From: Acetobacterium tundrae | GTDB taxonomy: Bacteria; Bacillota; Clostridia; Eubacteriales; Eubacteriaceae | Direction: 5' to 3' | Assembly: GCF_008086615.1 (NCBI RefSeq) | Contig: NZ_RXYB01000012.1 | Coordinates: 30,075-54,074 of the forward strand | DNA: 24,000 bases | Shown: piece by piece, positions 16,766-24,000 of the stretch | Numbering within the stretch: the first letter of the stretch is position 1 | Layout of the letters: each line of letters opens with the position of its first letter | The notes under the pieces: generated by a model | What the model saw: the letters and a program-made list of their open reading frames with translations, nothing else | Told to the model about the DNA's origin: nothing | Databases searched by the model: none | Translations under genes and position numbers: made by a program

Positions 16766-17710
16766 ATGAATAAAGCATATAAAACAAAAATCGAAACATT
16801 GGTTGACAGTATTTCAGAGAGTTATAAAAAAGAGTCCTATATTGCTCCCCATGATTGCGGATTTTTACCAAATCGAAATGCAATTATTGATACCACCAAA
16901 GCATTGCGACAATTAGTTTTCCCCAGCTATTTTGGAAAAACAAATTTTCGCAGAGAAATTCAGGACTATCACATTGGAGATTTGTTAATTTGTATCATCG
17001 AAAGTTTGATGAAACAGATTACTTTGGCGTTGAAACATCAGGCAGCCGAAATAGAAAATTTTAGTGAAGAGCATTATCACAAGGAAGCGGAAAGAATCTG
17101 TTATGAATTTATAAGCAAGATCCCCCAAATCAGAGAGTTCCTGGCAACCGATGTTATTGCAGCTTTTGATGGGGATCCGGCAGCAAAGAGCAGAGATGAA
17201 ATTATTTTTTGTTATCCTGGTGTTTTTGCCATCAGCGTTCATCGGTTGGCGCATGAATTGTATGACCTTTCGGTTCCACTGATTCCAAGGATCATGAGCG
17301 AATATGCCCATAACATTACCGGAATTGATATTCACCCAGGCGCCACCATCGGGAAATACTTCTTCATCGATCATGGTACCGGCGTGGTTGTCGGAGAAAC
17401 TGCCATCATTGGCGAACATGTGAAAATTTATCAGGGGGTAACATTAGGCGCTTTATCCACTAGAGGCGGTCAAAAGCTCAGAGGCGTGAGACGACATCCC
17501 TGTCTGGAAGATGAGGTAACCGTTTATTCAGGAGCTTCAATTTTAGGCGGCGATACAATTGTTGGAAAAGGTGCTGTCATTGGCAGTAATGTGTTTATTA
17601 CAAAATCAGTGCCAGAAGGAACCAAGGTAAGCATCAAAACACCAGAGCTGCATTTCTCAGGTCATGAGATAACGGAAATTACAATGGAATCCTTTGACTG
17701 GGTGATATAA
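16766..17710 (+). CDS. epsC: Serine O-acetyltransferase, long EpsC-type
   Basis: AAAGGA lies 6 nt before ATG 16766. DPAAKSRDEIIFCYPG, hexapeptide repeats DIHPGATIGKYFFIDHGTGVVVGETAIIGEHVKIYQGVTLGA, and an extended N-terminal domain. Confidence 0.8.
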   Translation: MNKAYKTKIETLVDSISESYKKESYIAPHDCGFLPNRNAIIDTTKALRQLVFPSYFGKTNFRREIQDYHIGDLLICIIESLMKQITLALKHQAAEIENFSEEHYHKEAERICYEFISKIPQIREFLATDVIAAFDGDPAAKSRDEIIFCYPGVFAISVHRLAHELYDLSVPLIPRIMSEYAHNITGIDIHPGATIGKYFFIDHGTGVVVGETAIIGEHVKIYQGVTLGALSTRGGQKLRGVRRHPCLEDEVTVYSGASILGGDTIVGKGAVIGSNVFITKSVPEGTKVSIKTPELHFSGHEITEITMESFDWVI

Positions 17711-17727
17711 ATGGAATTATTGTATCG

Positions 17728-17808
17728 GTGATCACATTGGGATATGGTACCCAGGAACCTAAAATGCCAACCAGAAAAGCAGCAGCGGATATTGTGAAGT
17801 TTTTCTAG
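17728..17808 (+). repeat. 81-bp direct repeat R1 (3' end of a small ORF), partner of 19909-19989
   Basis: 71/81 identical by hand count. Encodes VITLGYGTQEPKMPTRKAAADIVKFF*, against VIALEYGTPEPKMPKRKAAEDIVKFF* in R2. Confidence 0.8.
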
Positions 17809-17853
17809 GATATCAGTCAGCGAAAAAGTCGAGTGCATGACAGGAGGATGAGA

Positions 17854-19242
17854 ATGAAAAGAATATTTACACTGTTTTTGATTGTCAGTTTGATATTTAT
17901 GTCTACGCCCATCGCATGGGCAGCGGAAACTGCCCATGAGCCCATCACACAAGAATTGGTTCTCATGGTGGAGCATAACCCTGAGCTGAAAACGCTGTTG
18001 ATTAAATCGATTGAACAAGCCAAAGCGGTGAATCCGGATAAGAACAGCAATCCGGTGCAGTCTTTGGATGAATTTTATGACTTTGTTGACTGGGCAGATC
18101 ATGCCTTGCCCTGGAGCATCTTGCCCAATGTTGAAAGTACGTATCCTGGTCTCTATGATCAGATCGATCAAAGCTTGGATTATTTTTATTTCATTACTGA
18201 TCAGCCTTTGGAAGAGCTGGAAGGTATGGAATTTTACAATAATTCATTGCAATACTACGAACCCTATCGATCCTGGATGATTAAATTCACTAAACAATGG
18301 GGAGAATACCTGAGCACTTCCGAATCCTGGAATGAAGCATATTATCAGACTGCCTATAATAATCAGGATTTTGGATTGCAGAATGGGTGGTATGAAGATC
18401 CATCCAATTGGCACAGCTTTAATGATTTTTTCAGTCGCTTTCTCATTTCGACTGCAGCTCGACCAATTGCCTCCCCAGACGACAATTCGGTTGTTGCCGC
18501 TCCAGCTGATTCATTACCACAGGGTGTGTGGCAGATCGACGGTGACTCGCGGGTAGTTGGGGATGGCGTAAGAATAAAATCTCTGACTTTTGATTCAATA
18601 TCCGCTCTCCTTGGTGAAGGAACCAGCTATGGTGATGCATTCGCTGGCGGAATATTGACACACACCTTCCTTAATGTCCAGGATTATCATCGTTTCCACT
18701 TTCCGGTTAGTGGAACAATATTAGAGGTAAGAACCATTTATCAGGATGACGCAGTTGGCGGCATTACCTATTGGGACAAGGAAGCAAACCGATATGTGCT
18801 CAATGCGGAAGATTATGGCTGGCAGGCAGTAGAAACACGGGGCTGTGTAATTATGAAGACTGAAGATTATGGTCTGGTGGCTTTGATGCCGGTTGGTATG
18901 TCACAGGTTTCCGCAGTTATGTTTGAGGATAACATAAAGCCGGGTATCGTTGTGAAAAAAGGCGATATGCTCGGATATTTCCTGTTCGGTGGATCGGATT
19001 ATGTGATGATTTTCCAGAATATTGCTGGTTTTGAAATGACGGCCCCCAAAAATGCCGATAGTGAAGGATACACGCACTTGTTAATGGGCGAATCTTATGG
19101 TATATTGACAGGCATTCCTACAGTGGTTGCCGATTCAAAAAGTAATACAGTTTGGGATGGCACAATGGCAATTATTTTAACGATTGTGCTGGTTGGAGGC
19201 GTTGCATTCGCAGTAAGGAAAGGTAAAAACGATAATAGATAA
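17854..19242 (+). CDS. Exported, C-terminally anchored phosphatidylserine-decarboxylase-family (pyruvoyl-type) protein
   Basis: AGGAGG lies 6 nt before ATG 17854. Signal peptide ...STPIAWA|AE. PSD core QDYHRFHFPVSG...GDMLGYFLFGGSDYVMIF, where GS is the self-cleavage motif. C-terminal TM helix AIILTIVLVGGVAFAV followed by RKGK. Confidence 0.75.
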   Translation: MKRIFTLFLIVSLIFMSTPIAWAAETAHEPITQELVLMVEHNPELKTLLIKSIEQAKAVNPDKNSNPVQSLDEFYDFVDWADHALPWSILPNVESTYPGLYDQIDQSLDYFYFITDQPLEELEGMEFYNNSLQYYEPYRSWMIKFTKQWGEYLSTSESWNEAYYQTAYNNQDFGLQNGWYEDPSNWHSFNDFFSRFLISTAARPIASPDDNSVVAAPADSLPQGVWQIDGDSRVVGDGVRIKSLTFDSISALLGEGTSYGDAFAGGILTHTFLNVQDYHRFHFPVSGTILEVRTIYQDDAVGGITYWDKEANRYVLNAEDYGWQAVETRGCVIMKTEDYGLVALMPVGMSQVSAVMFEDNIKPGIVVKKGDMLGYFLFGGSDYVMIFQNIAGFEMTAPKNADSEGYTHLLMGESYGILTGIPTVVADSKSNTVWDGTMAIILTIVLVGGVAFAVRKGKNDNR

Positions 19243-19348
19243 ATAACAGGAATTTATTTTGGCGTTTGAAGATGATTGAAAAATTTGCTTTTAATATTTA
19301 AAAGCTGTAAAATAATACATATAGATGCATTAAAGAAGGGAATATATA

Positions 19349-19792
19349 ATGAAAAAAATACTTGTACCGGTCGATGGTTCTGAAATTTCATTAAAAGGAG
19401 CCGACAAAGCTATTGAATTGGCAAAAAAATTTGGGAGTGAAGTGACTTTTCTTTCCGTCATTGAAATAAAACCACTATTTTACGGGGCTGGAGCAATTCC
19501 GACAAATTCATTGGAGTTGATGAAGCAAATTGAAGACAATCAGTCAGAAGAATTTGAAAAACTGTTGGATTCTCTTTTGGAAAAATATAAAAGCTCGGGG
19601 CTGGTTCTTAAGAAAAAAGTCATAGCCGGCGCTGTGGATGCGAAAATTGACGAGTTTGCCAAAGAAGAAAATTTTGATTTGATCGTCATGGGAAAAAGGG
19701 GAATGAGTGCTGCAAAGCGTTTCTTTGTTGGTTCAAATACCAGAAAAATTATTGAAATTGCACCTTGCTCTGTTTTAGTTGTAAAAGATTAA
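19349..19792 (+). CDS. Universal stress protein (UspA family)
   Basis: MKKILVPVDGSE...DLIVMGKRGMS...VGSNTRKIIEIAPCSVLVV. Confidence 0.85.
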   Translation: MKKILVPVDGSEISLKGADKAIELAKKFGSEVTFLSVIEIKPLFYGAGAIPTNSLELMKQIEDNQSEEFEKLLDSLLEKYKSSGLVLKKKVIAGAVDAKIDEFAKEENFDLIVMGKRGMSAAKRFFVGSNTRKIIEIAPCSVLVVKD

Positions 19793-19848
19793 TCACACCA
19801 TTTAATCTAATAAAAAGCGGTGCAAATCAACTGAAAGCGGTATAATGA

Positions 19849-19989
19849 ATGAATAAAAACCATATTCAGGAAATGCTGTCCATCAGCGATGATGAGATGA
19901 TTAAGTCAGTGATCGCCTTGGAATATGGCACCCCGGAACCTAAAATGCCAAAAAGAAAAGCAGCAGAGGATATTGTCAAATTTTTCTAG
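19849..19989 (+). CDS. 46-aa hypothetical small protein (full-length version of the R1/R2 repeat ORF)
   Basis: MNKNHIQEMLSISDDEMIKSVIALEYGTPEPKMPKRKAAEDIVKFF*. No clear RBS, but a strong terminator follows at 20049-20088. Confidence 0.35.
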   Translation: MNKNHIQEMLSISDDEMIKSVIALEYGTPEPKMPKRKAAEDIVKFF

Positions 19990-20048
19990 CATCCCGGGGA
20001 TGGGGCGAAATTCCACCCATACGTTACATCAGTCACTTATTATTTAAA

Positions 20049-20088
20049 TAAAAGCATCTTGTTAATTAGCGAGATGCTTTTATTTTTT
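20049..20088. terminator. Bidirectional rho-independent terminator
   Basis: 9-bp stem AAAGCATCT (20051-20059) / AGATGCTTT (20072-20080), T-run downstream and A/T-run upstream. It serves the convergent + small ORF and the - strand hydrolase. Confidence 0.75.
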
Positions 20089-20125
20089 AATAAATAACTT
20101 TCGGCAAGCTGATGGGATGATGGAT

Positions 20126-21121
20126 TTATTCCGATGGGTTAGTTTTAATCGAATTTAAAAATTGACTGACATCGTTGCTCATCGTTTCATAATTTGTCCA
20201 GTGCAAATAATGATGCCCTTCAAGCATGACGATCTTGCTGTTTCCCAATCCCGCCAGAGCCATTTCATAAAAGCTCTGGGTCGTTTTTCCATCCTCTCTG
20301 GGGGTGGTACCTTCTTTTGCGAAAATCAGCACGGGTAGATCTTTGGCAAATTTCATCGTTGATGTTTTTTCAATATTCTTTTCAATTTCGTTTCCTTCGG
20401 CAACAACGTTTTTATTATAAGCCTTCCATGCTGATAGTGCTTTTGTGGTTTTTAAATTTTCATCAGAATAGATATGGGTCGTATCAATAGGCAGGAATCC
20501 ATCAGGCATCATCAGGACAAGGAGTCTGGCGATACCGGTGGGTACCAAAGCACTCAAATAAGATGGCATTGACGGGATACTTTCCCCAAAATAGGCACTC
20601 ATTTCCGGCAGGGTACAGTCGATTCCAACGATTGCTTTAACTTCTTCCGGATAGGTATTGGCATAATACATGGCATAAATTCCGGAAATTGAATGAGGCA
20701 TTAATACATAAGGGCCTTTAATACCAGCAACGCTTAATGCAGTTCGCAACTCTTCAGTGATATTTTCGACCGTCCGTTCATCATCGGTCAAGTCGCTCCA
20801 TCCATAACCAAAGGGTTCAACCACCACGACTTTGTTTGTTTTAGCCAATTCGTCAATCAACGGTTGAAAGTCCAGAACAGGAGCGGTTGTTCCAAGGCCA
20901 GGGGTTAAGACAATTGTATTTTCTCCTTCACCCTGGGTATAGACATGCATTTGTTGGCCGGATACAGTGACCATTTCTCCAGGCGCAGGATAAATAGATT
21001 TTTCATAGGCAGTTAAAACCTGACTGATGATTACCCACAGTATCGTTAGCAGTATAATTCCAGCAATAAACGCTAAAAATACGTTTAAAACTTTATGTGT
21101 TCTTTTAGTGCTTTTTTTCAT
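20126..21121 (-). CDS. Membrane-anchored alpha/beta-fold hydrolase
   Basis: N-terminal TM helix VFLAFIAGIILLTILWVII. Nucleophile elbow MPHSISG. GGAGAAAGAGAG RBS. It is the only real minus-strand gene of size in the window. Confidence 0.8.
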   Translation of the reverse strand: MKKSTKRTHKVLNVFLAFIAGIILLTILWVIISQVLTAYEKSIYPAPGEMVTVSGQQMHVYTQGEGENTIVLTPGLGTTAPVLDFQPLIDELAKTNKVVVVEPFGYGWSDLTDDERTVENITEELRTALSVAGIKGPYVLMPHSISGIYAMYYANTYPEEVKAIVGIDCTLPEMSAYFGESIPSMPSYLSALVPTGIARLLVLMMPDGFLPIDTTHIYSDENLKTTKALSAWKAYNKNVVAEGNEIEKNIEKTSTMKFAKDLPVLIFAKEGTTPREDGKTTQSFYEMALAGLGNSKIVMLEGHHYLHWTNYETMSNDVSQFLNSIKTNPSE

Positions 21122-21436
21122 TTTTTCTCTCTTTCTCCATTTTGTTAGTAGTATGAAGTCGCGCGCGGGTTTCGCTGTGAATTCACTTTCTTATTCATTA
21201 TAGTTTTAGAAAGATAATGAAGCCATCGATCGGGCTTACAAGAACGGCAGTATCCTTACATTTCTGTAAGATCAGGGTTATTGACTATAAAAGATAAATA
21301 ACAGGAATTATTTCTGGCGGTTGAAGGTGATATTTAAAATAGAACTAATATTATTTTCTTTTGAATAGATTGTATGTAAAAAAAGGCATCATAATAATAA
21401 AATATATAAAATATCCCGTTTTAATCAAAATATTGA

Positions 21437-21465
21437 TTGACATTGAATTCGTAAAATAATACAAT
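21437..21465 (+). promoter_or_regulatory. Near-consensus sigma-A promoter
   Basis: -35 TTGACA at 21437-21442, exact 17-nt spacer, -10 TACAAT at 21460-21465. Confidence 0.7.
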
Positions 21466-21527
21466 TAAATAAATTTAATCGGTTGAGCATTATTATTGAT
21501 TAAATGCATTTAATCAATAATAATGCT
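21464..21527. promoter_or_regulatory. Tandem ATTAAAT-nn-ATTTAAT inverted repeats, the second embedded in a perfect 42-bp palindrome
   Basis: Site 1 is 21464-21479 and overlaps the -10/TSS. Site 2 is 21499-21514 at the centre of AGCATTATTATTGATTAAATG|CATTTAATCAATAATAATGCT (21486-21527). Confidence 0.6.
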
Positions 21528-21776
21528 AGGTGAACGTTGTGATTATTTCAAAATGACTTACTTTTTTAAAAGCAACGAAGTAGGTTTGATTGATATGCAA
21601 ACGATTGCTGTTGCTGACCCTTGACACAAGAAACATAATGTTGCTTGTGATCTGCTGAGACAAAAAAATCAGAGGAACCCAGAGCCGCAATGCAAAATTG
21701 TTCTGGGCTGCACAATTAAAGAGTAAAGTAAAATTACAAATTAAATATTTAGTTGAAAGCTGGAGGCAAAAAAATA

Positions 21777-22859
21777 ATGAATAAAATTCCGTTTGATTCC
21801 AAAGAACTGCAGGTTGTCGGGGAAATACCAAATTTTTTTGGTACCACAGATCCAATTTTTGATTCTCCTGTAACGATGAAAGAAAATTATTTACGAACCA
21901 TGCAAAAAGAGCCGGTTTGGCAAAGTTTGGGAAATGAGTCCGCTTTATTCTGTCCTGCTGTTTTGCCGGATAACATTGCCAGAGCCTTTGTTTTCGAAGC
22001 GAATATGATGGCACCTCAGGATGGCAACGATATGTTCGGTATTCCCTGGGAATATGTTCCAGATGCTCAGGGTTCAATGGTCAGACCCGGAAATCATGTT
22101 TTAGAAGATGCCAATGACTGGAAAAGCATAATCAAATTTCCGGATATTGACAGCTGGGACTGGGAAGGCAGCGCAAAAGCCAATAATGGAACTTTTTTAA
22201 ATGGTGAGGCCTTCGTTCTTGCCTGGCTGATTAACGGCTTTTGGTTTGAGCGGCTGATTTCGTTTATGGGATTTGAGGGCGCCGCAGAAGCACTGATCGA
22301 TGAAGATCAAACCGATGCGGTAAAAGCAATTTTTGAAGCAACAACCGATTTGGCTTGTCGCCTTGTGGATAAATTCGTCGAATACTTTGATCATATCGAT
22401 GGGTTTACCGTACATGATGACTGGGGCTCTCAACGGTCTCCGTTTTTCTCTGAGGCGATTGCTCAGGAAATGATTGTTCCTTATATGAGAAAACTCACAG
22501 ACCACATCCATTCAAAAGGACTCTGGGCAGATCTTCACAGCTGCGGCCACATTGAGTCCCGAATTCAGTGTATTCTTGATGCCGGATGGGATTCATGGAG
22601 TCCTCAAGACATGAACGATACTGTGAATCTTTTTGAAAACTATGGTGATAAAATTTGCTTTGGTATGATTCCTGAAGTCTTTGATCCAACAATAACCAAT
22701 GATGATGAACAGCGGCTTATTGCACGAAAATTTGCCGAAAAAGTCTGTGTTCCCGGAAAATCGTCATTTATCAGCGTTTATGCTGTGTTGGGCGGAATCA
22801 TGACACCGGTATTTCGGGAAGAATTGTACAAACAATCGAGAATTTTATACAGTCATTAA
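21777..22859 (+). CDS. Uroporphyrinogen-decarboxylase-family methyltransferase (corrinoid-dependent O-demethylase MT-I / MtaA-like)
   Basis: GGAGG at 21762-21766, ATG 21777. URO-D-like fold signature with Zn motif LHSCGH. The N-terminal region is typical of substrate:corrinoid methyltransferases. Confidence 0.65.
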   Translation: MNKIPFDSKELQVVGEIPNFFGTTDPIFDSPVTMKENYLRTMQKEPVWQSLGNESALFCPAVLPDNIARAFVFEANMMAPQDGNDMFGIPWEYVPDAQGSMVRPGNHVLEDANDWKSIIKFPDIDSWDWEGSAKANNGTFLNGEAFVLAWLINGFWFERLISFMGFEGAAEALIDEDQTDAVKAIFEATTDLACRLVDKFVEYFDHIDGFTVHDDWGSQRSPFFSEAIAQEMIVPYMRKLTDHIHSKGLWADLHSCGHIESRIQCILDAGWDSWSPQDMNDTVNLFENYGDKICFGMIPEVFDPTITNDDEQRLIARKFAEKVCVPGKSSFISVYAVLGGIMTPVFREELYKQSRILYSH

Positions 22860-22870
22860 TAGCAACGTCA

Positions 22871-22917
22871 AAAAATCAGTACCTAGCTAATTTATATTAG
22901 CTAGGTACTGATTTTTG
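22871..22917. terminator. Strong bidirectional rho-independent terminator
   Basis: Perfect 16-bp stem ATCAGTACCTAGCTAA / TTAGCTAGGTACTGAT, 6-nt loop, flanked by A5 and T5. Confidence 0.85.
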
Positions 22918-23077
22918 GTTAAATAACTAGCGGCAAGATGACGGTAAGAATTAAACCAATGGCTGTCCCAAGTCCATTATTAAAAAAAATCGACCAAACC
23001 CTTCAGAGACTTGAGTTGATATTATATTTCTAATGGTCGATCTTAACGTGATTAATCTTTTATTTACAGCAATAAAA

Positions 23078-23086
23078 TGATACAAT
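23078..23086 (+). promoter_or_regulatory. Extended -10 element (TGaTACAAT)
   Basis: TG at 23078-23079 and TACAAT at 23081-23086. No good -35. Confidence 0.35.
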
Positions 23087-23162
23087 ATGTCCATTCGAAA
23101 CGACTGTCTGGCGAGCCGGGCACATAAATTAATGATCAGTATAAAAAACGTGGAGGAAAAAA

Positions 23163-24000
23163 ATGAAATCGACTGAGAATGCTTCCTTAGAATTAAAACT
23201 GCTGAAAAGTATTTTATGGGTCTATATTATTCTCTGTATCATCATTGCCGGGCTGAATTTTGGCTATGTCAGCCGGGCGACACCCGCGGTTGCGGCATTT
23301 ATTACTTGGCTTTGGGGTTTTTATGAAAACTGGGTCAAGACCATATTTATTGTAATCGGCAGTTTCCTCACCTTGCGAATTATTGGTTCATCCCAACGAA
23401 CGGCAATGCGCAAGCGGAATCTGATTGGGCTTATTTTAATGGCCTTGGTCGTCCATATTTTGGGGCCACTCCTCTTAAACAACAATGAATTGTATTTTTT
23501 TGCCATGCCTTTGCCCTGGAGCACCATCCCCTTACAACTTTTAGATACGGGGTCGGCCTTTTACCTGAAATATCTGCCGATTTTTGGACTCACCGGTATT
23601 TCATTGGCATTAACCGTTTATTTAATCATTACCATCGTCGTTTTTGCTGGTACGCTTCTTTTCGGTCGCCGATGGCAATGCTCGATGCTATGTTTGTTTA
23701 ATGGTTTTGCGGCAGAGGTTTTTGATCCGGTGATTCCCCTGATTGGAAAAAAGAAAAAAGTTAAAGCCAAAGGTCTAAAAATCTTTTCGTTCCTACGATG
23801 GATTTTTTTTGCCTTGGCCTTGTGCTTCACCTTTTATTGGATATTAATCCTCCTGGGAATGCCAATGGTTTACAGTGATGTGATTGCAAAAATTGAAAAC
23901 TATAAATATCTGACGACTGAACTGCTGATGGCCATGTTTTTCTGGATTGCGTTTGTTGGACGGGGATATTGTTACTACTGCCCGCTGGGAACGGTCCTTG
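23163..24000 (+). CDS. Integral-membrane 4Fe-4S-binding protein (polyferredoxin / NapH-YccM-like), 3' end outside window
   Basis: GGAGG lies 6 nt before ATG 23163. Multiple TM helices. Repeated GRRWQCSMLC and GRGYCYYCPLG motifs. It has no stop in the window, so it is missing from the ORF track. Confidence 0.7.
   Translation, partial: MKSTENASLELKLLKSILWVYIILCIIIAGLNFGYVSRATPAVAAFITWLWGFYENWVKTIFIVIGSFLTLRIIGSSQRTAMRKRNLIGLILMALVVHILGPLLLNNNELYFFAMPLPWSTIPLQLLDTGSAFYLKYLPIFGLTGISLALTVYLIITIVVFAGTLLFGRRWQCSMLCLFNGFAAEVFDPVIPLIGKKKKVKAKGLKIFSFLRWIFFALALCFTFYWILILLGMPMVYSDVIAKIENYKYLTTELLMAMFFWIAFVGRGYCYYCPLGTVL

Noticed and set aside
21528-21776. Cobalamin riboswitch in the long leader of the corrinoid-type methyltransferase gene
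   Set aside because: There is no B12-box-like element (AGYCMGGAGACCKGCC) and no GGGAA/CCCCGC core. Only a 6-bp hairpin CCCAGA...TCTGGG is present.
21526-22077. 183-aa minus-strand ORF spanning the methyltransferase leader and 5' end
   Set aside because: It overlaps the convincing + strand URO-D-family gene and the promoter/palindrome region. The sequence is compositionally implausible and has no motifs.
22921-23010. Minus-strand reading ...[20 protein letters not shown] after the 22871-22917 terminator, as a gene remnant
   Set aside because: The open frame is only ~28 codons with no start codon. It is reported only as part of the dispersed-repeat observation.
1-24000. CRISPR arrays, rRNA/tRNA genes, transposases, integrases, phage or defence-system genes
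   Set aside because: I scanned both strands for regularly spaced repeats, cloverleaf ends and DDE/tyrosine-recombinase-like ORFs and found none. The Imm5-like protein at 13774-14235 has no adjacent toxin gene.

Overview
AT-rich, Firmicutes-style chromosomal region with GGAGG-type ribosome-binding sites, TTG/GTG starts and hairpin+T-run terminators. Almost every gene is on the + strand. An anaerobic Clostridia or acetogen-like host is only a guess from gene content. The centrepiece is a five-gene signalling operon at 6733-12407. It encodes a stressosome-type RsbR (PAS-STAS), RsbS (STAS) and RsbT (GHKL Ser/Thr kinase) module. These are followed by a 918-aa hybrid histidine kinase (PAS-HisKA-HATPase-REC-HPt) and a REC-HD-GYP response regulator, a predicted c-di-GMP phosphodiesterase. 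No RsbX phosphatase, RsbU/V/W or sigma factor is in the window. Upstream, 631-2608 is a heavily deleted paralogous copy of 6499-13007, about 87-94% identical by eye. It fuses rsbR' directly to a 60-bp piece of the HD-GYP gene, yet it keeps a lipoprotein tyrosine-phosphatase gene that the intact copy has lost. Both copies retain a conserved promoter plus a roughly 150-nt leader of unknown class. The remaining genes are accessory or regulatory. They include TetR, MarR, AraC/GyrI-like, a flavodoxin/4Fe-4S protein, SGNH and class-3 lipases, GNAT, an MBL hydrolase, EpsC-type serine acetyltransferase and an exported PSD-like decarboxylase. USP, an alpha/beta hydrolase, a URO-D-family corrinoid methyltransferase and a membrane polyferredoxin complete the set. 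Between them lie many recombination scars: gene stubs, a homopolymer frameshift, direct repeats and a short dispersed intergenic repeat. A near-consensus promoter at 21437-21465 is followed by a perfect 42-bp palindrome. No rRNA, tRNA, CRISPR array, transposase or integrase was seen. All identity percentages are hand counts and all family calls rest on motif recognition, not database searches.
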